Below, in pieces: positions 12,319 to 24,793 of a stretch of DNA of 64,000 bases. The notes under the pieces are model-generated. The model worked only from the letters and a program-made list of their open reading frames with translations. It had not been told where the DNA came from and did not search any database. The translations under genes were made by a program, and so were the position numbers. The stretch comes from Trichoplax adhaerens. Lineage: Eukaryota > Animalia > Placozoa. The stretch's first letter is position 1. Each line of letters opens with the position of its first letter. The DNA lies in the NCBI RefSeq assembly GCF_000150275.1, contig NW_002060946.1, positions 7,111,855-7,175,854 on the forward strand. The letters are read 5' to 3'.

Positions 12319-13539
12319 ATTTATGTGTATCATAATTTCAAAACTAAAATAGGTGTAGATCTTTATTTCATCACATAGTTTACCATATTATCAGCGATTT
12401 TCCTCTATGCACATTATACATACATCACGAACCAAAATTCATAATATAACAATACAAGGAAATTGTTGACATAAGAATACCTATACACTAACTAACAATA
12501 TTCTCGATAACAGTTTATAATGAAGCAAGTAAATACTTTCTTGCTGCACATACTATTTACTGTATTAGAGTCAGATAATAAAACATATGACTTATAGAAT
12601 AATTGTCATAAAATAACTATGCAGAAATTACTTTAAGTACGACCTGAGTAGGAATTAGATGAAATTGAGCCTCTTCTTACTATTTTTGGTTTATAGCTAA
12701 CTCTACCAATACATTAGGTAAATGATTTAAATTGAAATACATAGCCGCTATGCAAAGATTTATAAGTTGAAAATGAGACACTTTTGGCAACCTCTAATAA
12801 CTTTAATCTCCTAAAAATTCCATATTTTAATACTTCTATGCTGTATTAATGGGTCTAAAGCAATCATTCTAAATGTATTTTTAGATTATTTATTATTTAT
12901 AGTAAGCTCTATCTCGTTTACATAGGTATTCGAATTTACAGTCATGCAGTTCGGAATATATCGTGAATCTGCGACGTTTTAAGACTTACGGATATAGTGT
13001 TGCAAGGTTGTGAATAATTTACATTTGCTATGCAGACGATATTATAATCTAAAGTAAATCATGAACTTCTTAGCCATATTTAGAAATCTTAGTCTCGAAC
13101 CTGGAAGACTAAAATAATTCAGTTTGAGTCTAAAGAAGGAGAATTGTTGACACAAATATTATCAATCGATCGATTCTCCTGGGCAAGAGGATAGCTGTTA
13201 AATTTCCAAAGGACAAAAGTAATAGCTAGCAGGAGAATCAATTTATCATCATTTCCACAGCATAGTCAACACAATGATAACCTTAAATTGTATATTATAT
13301 TTTAATATAATTAGAGCTATTCAATCTAACATGATTCAAAACATCCGGTGGAATGTGAATATACAAACATAAATTATCTATGGCATTGTTTAATTGCAGT
13401 TTCACGGTTTCACAGAAATATAGATTATGGTAGCGGCAGTATATTGTCGATAATATTAGTAATGGCATTAGATACAGAATAGAAACGTACGAAAGGCAAA
13501 TAATCAAGATATTTAACAACAGATCTCCAGTAATATTCT

Positions 13540-16500
13540 TTAATTTATAATTTGATGAGAATGACTTGCTGATAATTTGTTTTCTGGAATCTCGTTGATA
13601 TTAATATCAGGTCCGATTAATGATTTCGATTTAGTCATTTTATTCACTGTATTGGCTTCATTGATTATGATTAGATCTTTATTACGATTTGATGATCGCT
13701 AAAATTGTTGAATAATTTGGATAATGGATTAAAAGAAGCGAATCTATGCAGCTTATTGAGTATCTAATCTACTGTTACCAGGTAATATAACGATCTACAG
13801 TATGATATTGGCCTATCTCGGCTTCCGCTATAGAGTAGTTATACATTTAAATTACCTTCTTTGACTTGGATTTATTATTACATCCAGAGGCTAAATATCA
13901 ATTTAAAAACAGGTTAGGCATCCAGTAGTCATGCTTACGATTAATGAATATCTTTTCAGTATTCAATTGAGTAGCATAAGACACGAAATAATCTATAAAA
14001 GTTTATCTCAACGCGATATAAAATTCTTCACTATCATAACGACAAAATTTTGATAAAGTATTTTACGTGGGGCTAGATTACTGCTGATATCCATAATACT
14101 CGCTTCCAGAAGCCTAACACACGATAATTCAGGCACGTTATATTATAATTGCTATCAAAGATAACTTCCTAAAAGCAGCCTCTTTGCTACAAGATACTAA
14201 CAGTTTGATAAAGTTTTCCATGGTCCAATACACGAGCATATCATGAGCTGTCATATTCAACTAATTTTGCGCTAACTATTTTATGATATATGATTTTATA
14301 TTGTAGTATCAAAAATGTTGAAACCCCTTTTAATTTTACCTGCATCAAATGGACGTGCAGAATGTGGTTCTTCTTCTTGTGAGGAATTCTTTGCTCCAGT
14401 TGCTACACCTTCTGTCGTTGACTTGAGTGGCTATGAAACCATTAAAATGAATGACATCATAAATATTTATAATTGAAGGATCAGAAGCATAGTATATTTC
14501 TTGAATAGAATTAGCAAAAATGTTAGACTACATCAAATAGTATAGCTAAATCATAGGATAAAGGCCGATAAAAGTATTAAAAACCCTTAGTAAGATACGT
14601 GAAAATCAGCTAAAAGTAGAATAATTCTCGAATAATTCTCTTTATTTTAAAGATTTTGCATCTTTAATACTACCTTAAGAGCGGTAGAAAAATCTCTATG
14701 CAATTTACTCGTAAGCCCATAACGGTTCATAAATCGGCGAAAGCCATTTCGAACCTAAGCCAGGATAGTATCAAGAGTAATTTCATATAATCACTTGTAA
14801 CTTATTTATCACTATTGCAAGTAAGGTATTAGACTTGATTATTTTTGATTTAGCATATTGTGATGTACATTAGAACTAAATACAATAGCTGCTTAAAAAT
14901 CTAATTCATTTAGTGCAAATTTTAATTAGAAGAGAAATGGAATACGACTATTGGCAACTTACCTCTGAATTGTAGACGCACTGTGATATAAAAATAAAAA
15001 CCCCCTAAAGAGTAGAAAAATCCTTACGGTAAGAAAATTTGGTTACAAGGCATAGGAATATAATGGATGAGCTCAGGAGGAAAATTCATCTGATGGGATC
15101 AAATTATAACATTTTATTGGTATTAATTTGTTATAATACCTGCAAGCCGTTCAATATCACGAATAAATATGCAAAGAAGACGGTATTATCATCGGCTGCT
15201 AAAAGACCAAATGTCCATGTTAAGCCTAGCAAAGGCATTAGAAGAATAATGGCTCTCGTAGCAGTCCTGAAGGAAAATAACTGTTATAAGACTTGACTCT
15301 TTTAAATTTATAAGCATTTAACTCTTAATTATGTTTCAATATTATGATAATACTAATTATCTCATTGACGATATTTCAATCTCAAATTTTAATTAAATAT
15401 CCTTATAATCAAGTAATTTAGCAATTTTACCTTAAATTTCTAAAATGTTGATTGCCAGTTCTAACGGCTACTGCTGCTGTTTTACTTATTGCAATTTTCG
15501 TAACAATCAGCATAATAATGAAATTGATCTATAATAAGGAAATTAATGAAAGTAATGTAAATAAGGAGCTATACTATCCTTAGAGCTATATTCCTTACTA
15601 TCCTTTTTAAATTTAATACAGTTTAGAATTGAATAGCAGAAAGGCAGTGTATCGTTAACAATTTAATTTTGAACAAAATCACGATAATTTTTTATTTATA
15701 CTACTCCAAATTAAAATAAAATATTGTGAAATATTATAGAAAAGAATGTCTTAAATAAGACACTTATTCCTTTTAAGCTTGAATCTGAGACAAAAGACAT
15801 GAAAGAAAAGTGATAATTGGATATTCTATTTTTATGATTTATTGTGATGTAAATGATTGCTAAATGATAATTGTACTCACCAAAATAATAACTATTGCAG
15901 GCCCTGCAAAGGCCCAAATAAGTCCATTACCTATAGAAAGCCAACAACTACGAAATAAATTAGTATTTTAGCATTTAAAATTAACATTTTATTTTGGATT
16001 TTCCAAGATTTTGACTTCTAGATACAATCTTATGCACGTTGTCCTTACTTTTAAAAATTGTACCAATTAGATCTCATTTTATTGTATGAGCTATACCTAG
16101 CAATTTAATTACTGGAAAGGATCGATATTATCAACAGAAATATAGTAAATGATGCAAGCATAGTTATATACAATCTGCTAGCCTTATAACTACAATCAAA
16201 AGTAAGGATAAGATAAATTCAATTAAATTTTGCAAATGCTATCAGGATATCGAAGCCTGAAGGCAAACTGAAAATCGGAAAGATCTAAAATCATAATACT
16301 GGATGCTAATACTAGCACAAAAATCGAACGATTCCATCCACATTTCCATTAGTTAATTCATGAATATATTTTAAGTAAATTATTATTAATGAATGATACA
16401 AGTACACCATCAAATTTAAAACTAATTCTACGAAGTTAAATGATATCTTATCTATCTGCAATATCAGCCAGAAAATAAAATTTCAGGTTATTCTTAGCAT

Positions 16501-19500
16501 TAAGTGATATTAGGACTCTTTATTACCTTCCATTAATTCCATAATCATGGTAGCGTATTGCTGCCGATAATCCTGTAATAATGATTGGAATTCCTACATT
16601 GTCATCACACACAATGTACAATAGTATAAATTATGAATTTTGCTGAAATTGAATGTATATGTTCAAGTGATTTTCATAACTATTGGAATAGCGAAGAATA
16701 CCAATGATTTTAAACTAAACATTTTACCCCATCCAATTGCACAGTAAAGGAGTGAACGGTCTTTTTCATCGAATACTGTTACAATTTGCAAATACAAGTG
16801 AAGGCCTTCTACCAACATCCACATAAAAACTGATAAATAGCATAGATGGAGACCAATAGCTAAGATCCTGCATAATATCTATAAAGGATTATTTTGAGAA
16901 TGCAATAATCTGATTCAGTCTCTCTTCTAGCCTTGATTGATTTATAACTAATAGTAATAATGTACCGGTACAGCTGAAACATTCATTCCAATTAGCAGAC
17001 ATATTTGAGCAAGAAAGAGCGCTAATATCAAATGCTTATGGATATTATATCTCTCTGAATTCAATCTAACGAGAAAGAAACAAAGGATCGGCTAAGAAAT
17101 TAATGCAAGTAAATAAGTGATCGCATATATATAACTCAGATAATAGACATAATGAATATATGCGTATACCAATTTACCTTAGCAAACCAAATAAGACCAC
17201 AGTTATAAACAGAAATATTTGCGATATACCGCAAAAAATGTAAGTTAAAACCTCCAAAATTTTCCTATCTTTTCGTGCAAGCTTGTGTAATTTTTTATAC
17301 ATAAAGGGAAATGCATTTATTCATAGCGTTTCTCAACTTTCTATCACATTAATAGATATCATAATAAGAGAAATTTATATTTCCCTATTTTTTACCTCTT
17401 GACCCGAAACTCTCATTAATACTGCAAATTGAGTTAAATGTCGGCAGTGGCAGACAGTATGTGTTTTGTTACTAGAAATTAGTTTACAACCGGTAGCAGA
17501 CCAACTCCCATCTTTCCTATAGTTATGGGATTGAAACCGTAGTATTCAGATATGGAGATGTTCTATTTTGTTGCAATATTTAAAAACTAGATAGCAGTAT
17601 CTATTTTCAGCATGATCAACATTTCTCCTAGTTACCTTACCCTATTGTAAAGTCCCAATGAACGCAAGTAACATTAATGGATGAAATATCCTAAGTCAAA
17701 GAATAGAAACAAAGTGCTAGCTTTAGAAAATGGTTTAAAATAACACAACTAATCACAATTCCCTCTGTGTTAGAGCTACAATATATATTTTATATTAGTT
17801 GCCTGTAACAATATTACTAAAAGTAGCTAATATGTATCATGTCAGTTGGCACAGCTACAGCATAGAGTATTGGGATATACCTACACGGAATCATTTTCTA
17901 TACAAATAATATCATATAGCACTACCGTTAACGTCATGATTATGCAAGCAAACACTGTTTTGTAAATAGATGCAAGCTTAAAACGATCAAGAAGTGGATA
18001 ACATAAAGATAAATAAATAGGCAAGATGAAAGAATAAAAATCCAAACTAGGTAGAAGTTAGAGTAGAATAAAATTATAGCTATGAAAAGCATCGTTTTAA
18101 CGCACTGTAAAAAGTAAAAACGGATAAAAAATATAATAGCTAGAATTTCGTCTTCTTGCGTATTTGTGGTATGAGAATATTAAAAATTTAAATTTCTAAG
18201 CCCAAACAAAAAAAAATTATTATTGGTAATTACTTAACTCATAATTGGTAGTACTTGCCTTAAGATGTGCCAGAGTAAATTGGAAGGGATAATCCCAACT
18301 TAGTCTACTTACTGGCAACGTTAAAGAACTTATAATATCAGAATTGATGATTTCTCCGGCTACATCAATGCTAAATAAAAATAAAATTTTTAGGCAGCAT
18401 ATACAGTCGATAGTATTATCCGTAAATTTTATTCGTGCTATGAATAAGCTATATTACTTCTACTCGTAGTAACATGTTAATATGCAGTACCTTCCTTCAT
18501 TAGGCCTTTTCAAATCTCTATTTATTAGGTGATTCAAGGTTGTATAATACGATGCAGCAACTGATATTGCACCAGATACTTTCCAAATTTTAAAATATAG
18601 AATATACATTAAATTGATACATGAAATTTCACATTTAGAGAAATACCGATAGTGATTATGTTACTTTGGCAGTAGAAGCTCCGATTACCATAAGTGTTAA
18701 GTACGGGAAAAGTGCTTCATAGTATGACTGCTTTCAAGCTGAAATATGGCATACACAAGCTACTACTGCAACTAGAAGCTTAATGGCATGAACTAGATTC
18801 TAATAGCTGCTACATAGGGATTAGATTATTTATACCATTCATATTGGACGCAGCATAGGAAGGCAAAATAAATTCATTAGCCAGTAACTCATTACCATAT
18901 AATCTTCTGAAAGTAGTTCGATAAGGGTTTCGAAGAAAATCTTGAACCCGAATCCGTTGAATATGGAATGCTGTAAAAAGCAATGTTAATATAAGTTGAC
19001 ATCGAAAGTGAAGAGCGTAATCCATATTCTCTATTGTGCCTTACCCTAATTATTATAGCACTTATGGAATACAATTATCTACAATTCGAGTATAAGTTTG
19101 ACTAAGAAACATATCTGCATAAGAAAATCATATTTTACTGTTTTCTTAAGATAAATGTAGTACTCGATAGCAAGTACTGATGAGGATATACTATTAAATA
19201 TGCGCATACAAGTTATTTACTTATTATATTTTTAAAATAAAATTTCAAGTTTAAAATGTAAGAGCAATGTAGAGTATAAATATTTACGATTTGGAGTCCT
19301 TTGAATTATATTTTTAAAATTATGAAGTAAGCGAGATACTTATGGATGCTATAACGACTAGTTGATGATACGAGTTTAAAGTACTACCATTAGTTTTTTT
19401 ATTATAAGAATGATGAAGTGATATATCCGATAATCTACTTAACCCTTCTTTCTGCTGTAAGTTTATATATCTAGATTACATACTCAATAAGTAAACATTG

Positions 19501-22500
19501 TAGATATACATACTACACTAATATCGATTTTTATAATATAAAATCAGACAGGCTTAGCAATTCTTGGATAACTTACTCATTTCAGGAGAGTTAACAATGA
19601 AAACACTTTCAAGTTCAAGATTTTCCGCTACTTGTGTAGTGTAAACGTGAGTAATCTTCATTAATCTCTTTAGATCTGTCAACTATGTAAGTAAAGAGAG
19701 TCAAGCTTCTATGGTAGTCAATGAAGATCATTCTGATGATCAATTTAATGAAAGTTAATTTCATAAGAAATATTACTCTATCAGCGGCTAAAACGATATT
19801 ATCCTTGCTAGTTAGATCGGTCATGACGTTGAAGAAATCCTAATGGATAGATCAACCGGAGATTATTCTATTACCAGAATTTTAACGTTATTGGTGTTAA
19901 ATTGTCATTGTTGATCCTAAATATTTCAATAGTAACTTAAATACTAAAAGCTACTATATTAGAATTAAACTAAAAGAAAGGCTAACTCCGAACTTTTTGG
20001 TATAATATTATTCTAAATTATACCAGTCGTAGTAGAGTAACTGGTAGAATTCTTCTATAAATATAGCTATTTATAATTATTAACAATAAAATTGCTATCA
20101 CAATACAGTATTAAAGGATACCCAATTCTTAATGTAGCAATCGTAAAACTTTTTAAACATCAAAATTAGTATCACTGTTTGAAAAATTATTGTTATGCTT
20201 CTACAATTTAGGTTACCTTAAAATAGCTTTCCTTGATTTCACATGATTCATTCTGAATTTTAACCATGAGTTGCAATCGATCCAAAATTCTTGCCGAAAA
20301 ATTAAGGTCTTGGCTAGTGATATTTTTCGAGCTTTTGAATACATTATGGAGCTCTTGTAATACTTGGATGCCTGTCGTAACGGGTTTCTCATTTTCGATT
20401 AGAGTTGACTAAGAAATTAGTGAAAAGATAATCGAAATTTTGGTAAATGATTATAAAATTCATTGAATGCAAACAATTTTGTTGGATATGGTAACCTACT
20501 ATAGAATAAAGAGCTTGAAACGCCGCGGACAGTCCAGTTTCTAAGTTACTAGCATTTATCCATGATGTAATTATTGATGTAGGCAAACTTGGTAAAGATT
20601 TTGAACTTGCCGGTGGTTCTATAAGATGAATTATAAACCAATAAATTAACTTACTGAGTAAGTCATGTATTAACCATTTATAAAACTATGTGTTGTTATA
20701 ATCGTTTCATTGACAGTTTGATCTAATTCTAAGTTTTGCAATTGCCATTATTTTTGAGTTATTATAGATTATATACGACAAAATGAATTATTAATTATAA
20801 TAAAATTAAGCATTGGAGAAACATTTGAGATAAAATCACCTCAAATATTGAATTTTATGGCTAAGGAAATAAAGTGATACGATATATTTAATGATCAGAA
20901 AAAATTAGATTAAGCCTCTAACTTACTGCATTTGATGTTGAAGTTTCTCGCTAATTTAATTTAAATTAAATAGAAAAGGTAGTTGGTTTATACTCATAAA
21001 GATGTAGTTATAGCTTAATATGAAAGTATAATTACAGTATCAATTCACAGCCCTAAATGATTAGCTTTTACGCTGCTGCAGCCAACGAAAACTAAAGAAA
21101 GTATAATCTAAGATTGGAAGCATACTTTATTCAAATAATATCGCCATTCTTACCTTTAGTGCTGGAAGGTACGAATAATGAAGAATTATTTGTGCATGTT
21201 ACAGATGACGCCATCACTATATCTATCAAAAATATATATGAAAGAATTTAGAGCGAATTCATTTTTCAAAATATGTGTGACATGCAATAGAAGATATTTT
21301 TAAACCAAAAGAATTAGCTGGGCAAGAAGACTCTAAAGCATAAAGAAATAGCTATTGATTAATGATATTATCCTTTAAATACGGACTTCGATCTATTGGA
21401 TATGTCTGTCCACTCCATTTAATTTGCAAAGATTTTAAGCACTCTAAGCATCAATAAATAATTTTTGATTAGTGATGCTATCCCTTAGTTATTGACGTCT
21501 ATCTTTTGGCATTATCTGTCAACTACATTTAATTTGCGAAGATTTCTAGCGCACTAAGATAAATCATCTCAGGTTATTATAACGAACATCGGTAAATATA
21601 TTATTAAGGTACATTATTATTTATGTCATCATTTAAACTAAACTTTAAAGTTATTATTAAAATAGCATGAAAGTGTAGAACAATAATTTTCTCAATTCTA
21701 TATTAGCTATAAATATAAAGCTCTTTTTATAGCATGATCAATTCCGAAACTTGCCCAAATGCTTTATAGCATTTTCATGATCCTGCTGAATCTCAGATAT
21801 TTTTTTTCATCCATTAAAATGAGAAAATATCTAAATTTTAGCATTAAATTGGAGTTAATACTCCATTCTAATCATCTGTAAAGATATTGAGTAGTACTGT
21901 AAAGAAAGATATGCCCAAGCTGATTTAACTGACTTTGCCACCGAAATTATCAGGGCATGAATTACGCCACCTTTTTAATTTGCTGATTAAGAAAACGCAA
22001 ATACGAGAGCAATAGCAACTAATCAGCCTTGTACGTAGGAGCGATCAAGTTTGATACAACCGCAATAATGTGAATAATCCCTATAATACAAAATTCTGCA
22101 GCTACCATACTGATATTATCGCGAAACGAATGAATTCCGATTATCACTATATAATCACAACAATGTGAATAATCACTGTAATATAAAATTCTACAGCTGT
22201 TATACTATATCAGCGAAATATGAAGGTATACCGGCTATCAATATATCAAATCAATGGCTTTCAACTACTTACCATTTGACTGAAAATAAATTTGGTTAAG
22301 TAGATTTAATTGCGGTTGAATGATAGGTAATAAGAGTAAAGGAAGTATCGTACTTAAAATCCAATTGTCACACACCGCTAGTGAAAAAGTAAATCTACAA
22401 ACGCCTCTTACTGACTTAAAGAGACGAGATCAGCTATATCGCGCAATAATTCAGTTCCGATAACCGAATACTATAGTATAGTTTTAGCGTCGCTAATAGA

Positions 22501-24793
22501 GTAGACGAGGTAGTCAGGAAATTACTACTATTTATTACTGAAGAAATCTTGATAGCCAAGACTATAGTCTTAACAATTCAATAGCAATTGAAAAATTAGT
22601 TGACTAACTAACCGAATACCAACTAAAATGTGGTCTTCAGGCATCAACCTTTTATAGTATAGTCAAAAACTCATGGTGCGCATAAAATAAAACTATCCTT
22701 CTACTCTAGAAACTATATTGTTTTTTATGTACCTTTCAAATTAGAATTTTTCCTGATAGTAACTAATTCATCTACGGCCGATAATGGTAACGAAATCTCG
22801 TATGGGCTGGTAGGTGAAATGTAAGTTACTCCATCTGAAAATATGAAATAAATATGTCTTAATATTATCATAAGGCGCAATACATTATCAACTATCAGCT
22901 GACAGCAGTAGTTACCTGAGTGTAAAAACTATCAATTATTTTACCTTCCATAATAGTGGTATAATCTGGAGCACTTTGGGTAGCAGTTGGGTCGATATAC
23001 GCTGTATTCAATTTTAAAAGTGATGAAATATCAGAAGATTGGACAACTAATATTTGGCTACTAGACGGTGTTTAATACTTGGCGACCCTAAGTTTGACAT
23101 TAGATCATTATCTGGAGAACGACTCCATGACAGAACACTAGTTGATTGAAAGCTATGAGTTTTTTCTAATTTAGGCAGCATTAATGAGAGATTATTAGAT
23201 TAGTAATTCCGTACTTAAAATGAGCATCACCCTATTACCAATACATAGTATTTATTTCCAAATTAGATATCAAATAAGATGATGTTGAATGGTATTAAAT
23301 GTGTCATAAAATGTCATATGGCTCCATGCATATGCATGCTCATCATACCTGTCCATTCATCGGATAGTACAGGAGTGCTTGAGCTGAGCAAATTGGCTGA
23401 CTTCACGACCTCTATGCTGGCATCAGGTAGCGTTTCTAATTCAATATTTTTGGGAAAAAATCAAATACTGTCTTAAATTTAATCCAATATATGCAAGAAT
23501 TTAAATTATCGTCACTATATTACCAATTACTAGACTTATTATGTCCTGATAATATCCGTTAACATCTCATCTAAGCCATTTAAAACTAAGTCTACAGGGC
23601 ACTGAATACTAATGATTGGATTATATCCTGATAGTATTCGTCGACAGTACTCATTAACATCTCATCTATACTATCTGAGACTAAGTGTACTCGATACTGA
23701 TTATTGGATTTAGTAGACATTTCTGCTCCGAATTTTGCTTACCATTAACCAAGCTACTAGTGATCGATAAAGTAGCCGATGCATGATATAATTCGCCATT
23801 CCAAAGCACAAGGTTTGCGGATACAGATGTCATAGAGGATGACTGCTTTTGAATAGTATTAGAACTACTTTGGCCACCTGCCTGCAGGCTGCTCCTTTCA
23901 AAGTTTACTAATTGTGTAACTTCCATCAAAGTCGTAGCAGCTATCGTAATTTGTTGAGCAGATGTATCGGAACTTAATTCAGGCTGTTCGAAATCAACAG
24001 TATACGAACTACTTATCTCTTGATCTACATGCATCGCCGATTCTGTCGAGGCTGCTACTAAAGAGGAAGTAATATCACTGGATTCTATAGCACTTAAAGA
24101 GATTGATGCTGTTTACAAGAAATGTATAATTATAAATTTTAGTAGTGTCAATTTAGCTAAATTACGAAATAAATAGTAAAGAAAATTGAGTAGATATACT
24201 TACGAAGAACGCTGAAATAGGAGGCATAAGTTGAAATGGCAACACTTGTAGGATCTTACAAACGAAAAGAATCATGATAAGAAACTAGTATTTGACAATA
24301 GGACGCATATTTGAATACTCCTACAGTACAATCTCTATTAGCGCGTATATATTCGATAAAACAATTATATTCATACATTTTTGGCAGATGTAATGAGCTC
24401 TAAACCCTTCAATTCCTTCGCAATGCACATCATACCAACCCCAAGCTTGCAATCGATAGGCATAGACCACACAATCTTGGTAGTAATAGTGAGGTTGATA
24501 ATATCCCCAATCAACATAACCGCTAGCTACCTCATTATCGATTATCCATCGATAGGCGGTTGGATTATTGGTTTCATCGATATCCCTTAAGCCAATCCAG
24601 TAATATTCATTTGTACTCATAATATCAATTAATAGCTGGCGTACATCTCTAGAATCTACTTTAACTAGACCTCCACCAGAAGATTGGCAAATTGAAGACG
24701 CAGAGGCGTATTTAATTATGCTTGATGTATCGACGACTTTATAACAAATATTGCTTAGCGAATACCATTCTGTGTCACCACAATCGCCAAAAG
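13540..24793 (-). CDS. Adhesion GPCR: C-type lectin domain, Ser/Thr-rich stalk, GAIN/GPS, secretin-type 7TM, cytoplasmic tail; signal-peptide exon not located
   Basis: Phase-consistent exons. CTLD: 24793-24377. Stalk: 24254-24204, 24108-23743, 23435-23349 (tentative), ~23046-22945 (tentative), 22834-22733, 21222-21154, 20618-20500. GAIN: 20408-20217, 19839-19777, 19682-19577, 18970-18836, 18578-18491, 18370-18259, 17690-17641 (CVHWDF), 17516-17396 (WSATGC...[13 protein letters not shown]). 7TM: 17281-17178, 17065-16966 (IHKHL), 16878-16728 ([10 protein letters not shown]), 16593-16527, 15947-15881 (CWLS), 15528-15431, 15266-15140 (LLGLTWTFG), 15004-14963. Tail: 14754-14674, 14430-14340, 13890-13856, 13698-13540 (TAA). 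Confidence 0.92.
22064..22245. repeat. Intronic tandem duplication, ~94 bp x 2
   Basis: caa.aatgtgaataatc.ct.taata.aaaattct.cagct..atact..atc..cgaaa occurs at about 22064 and 22158. Confidence 0.75.
22621..22656 (-). promoter_or_regulatory. Candidate internal TATA + Inr promoter inside the adhesion GPCR stalk region
   Basis: TATAAAAGG starts at 22656; TTAGTT has its A at 22624 (32 nt spacing). The AT-rich background makes a chance match possible. Confidence 0.3.

Noticed and set aside
18892-19114. ORF 18892-19074 and the acceptor at ~19115 as extra GAIN exon
   Set aside because: The phase-1 reading from 19114 stops quickly; the exon 18970-18836 in another frame has a stronger acceptor and keeps phase.
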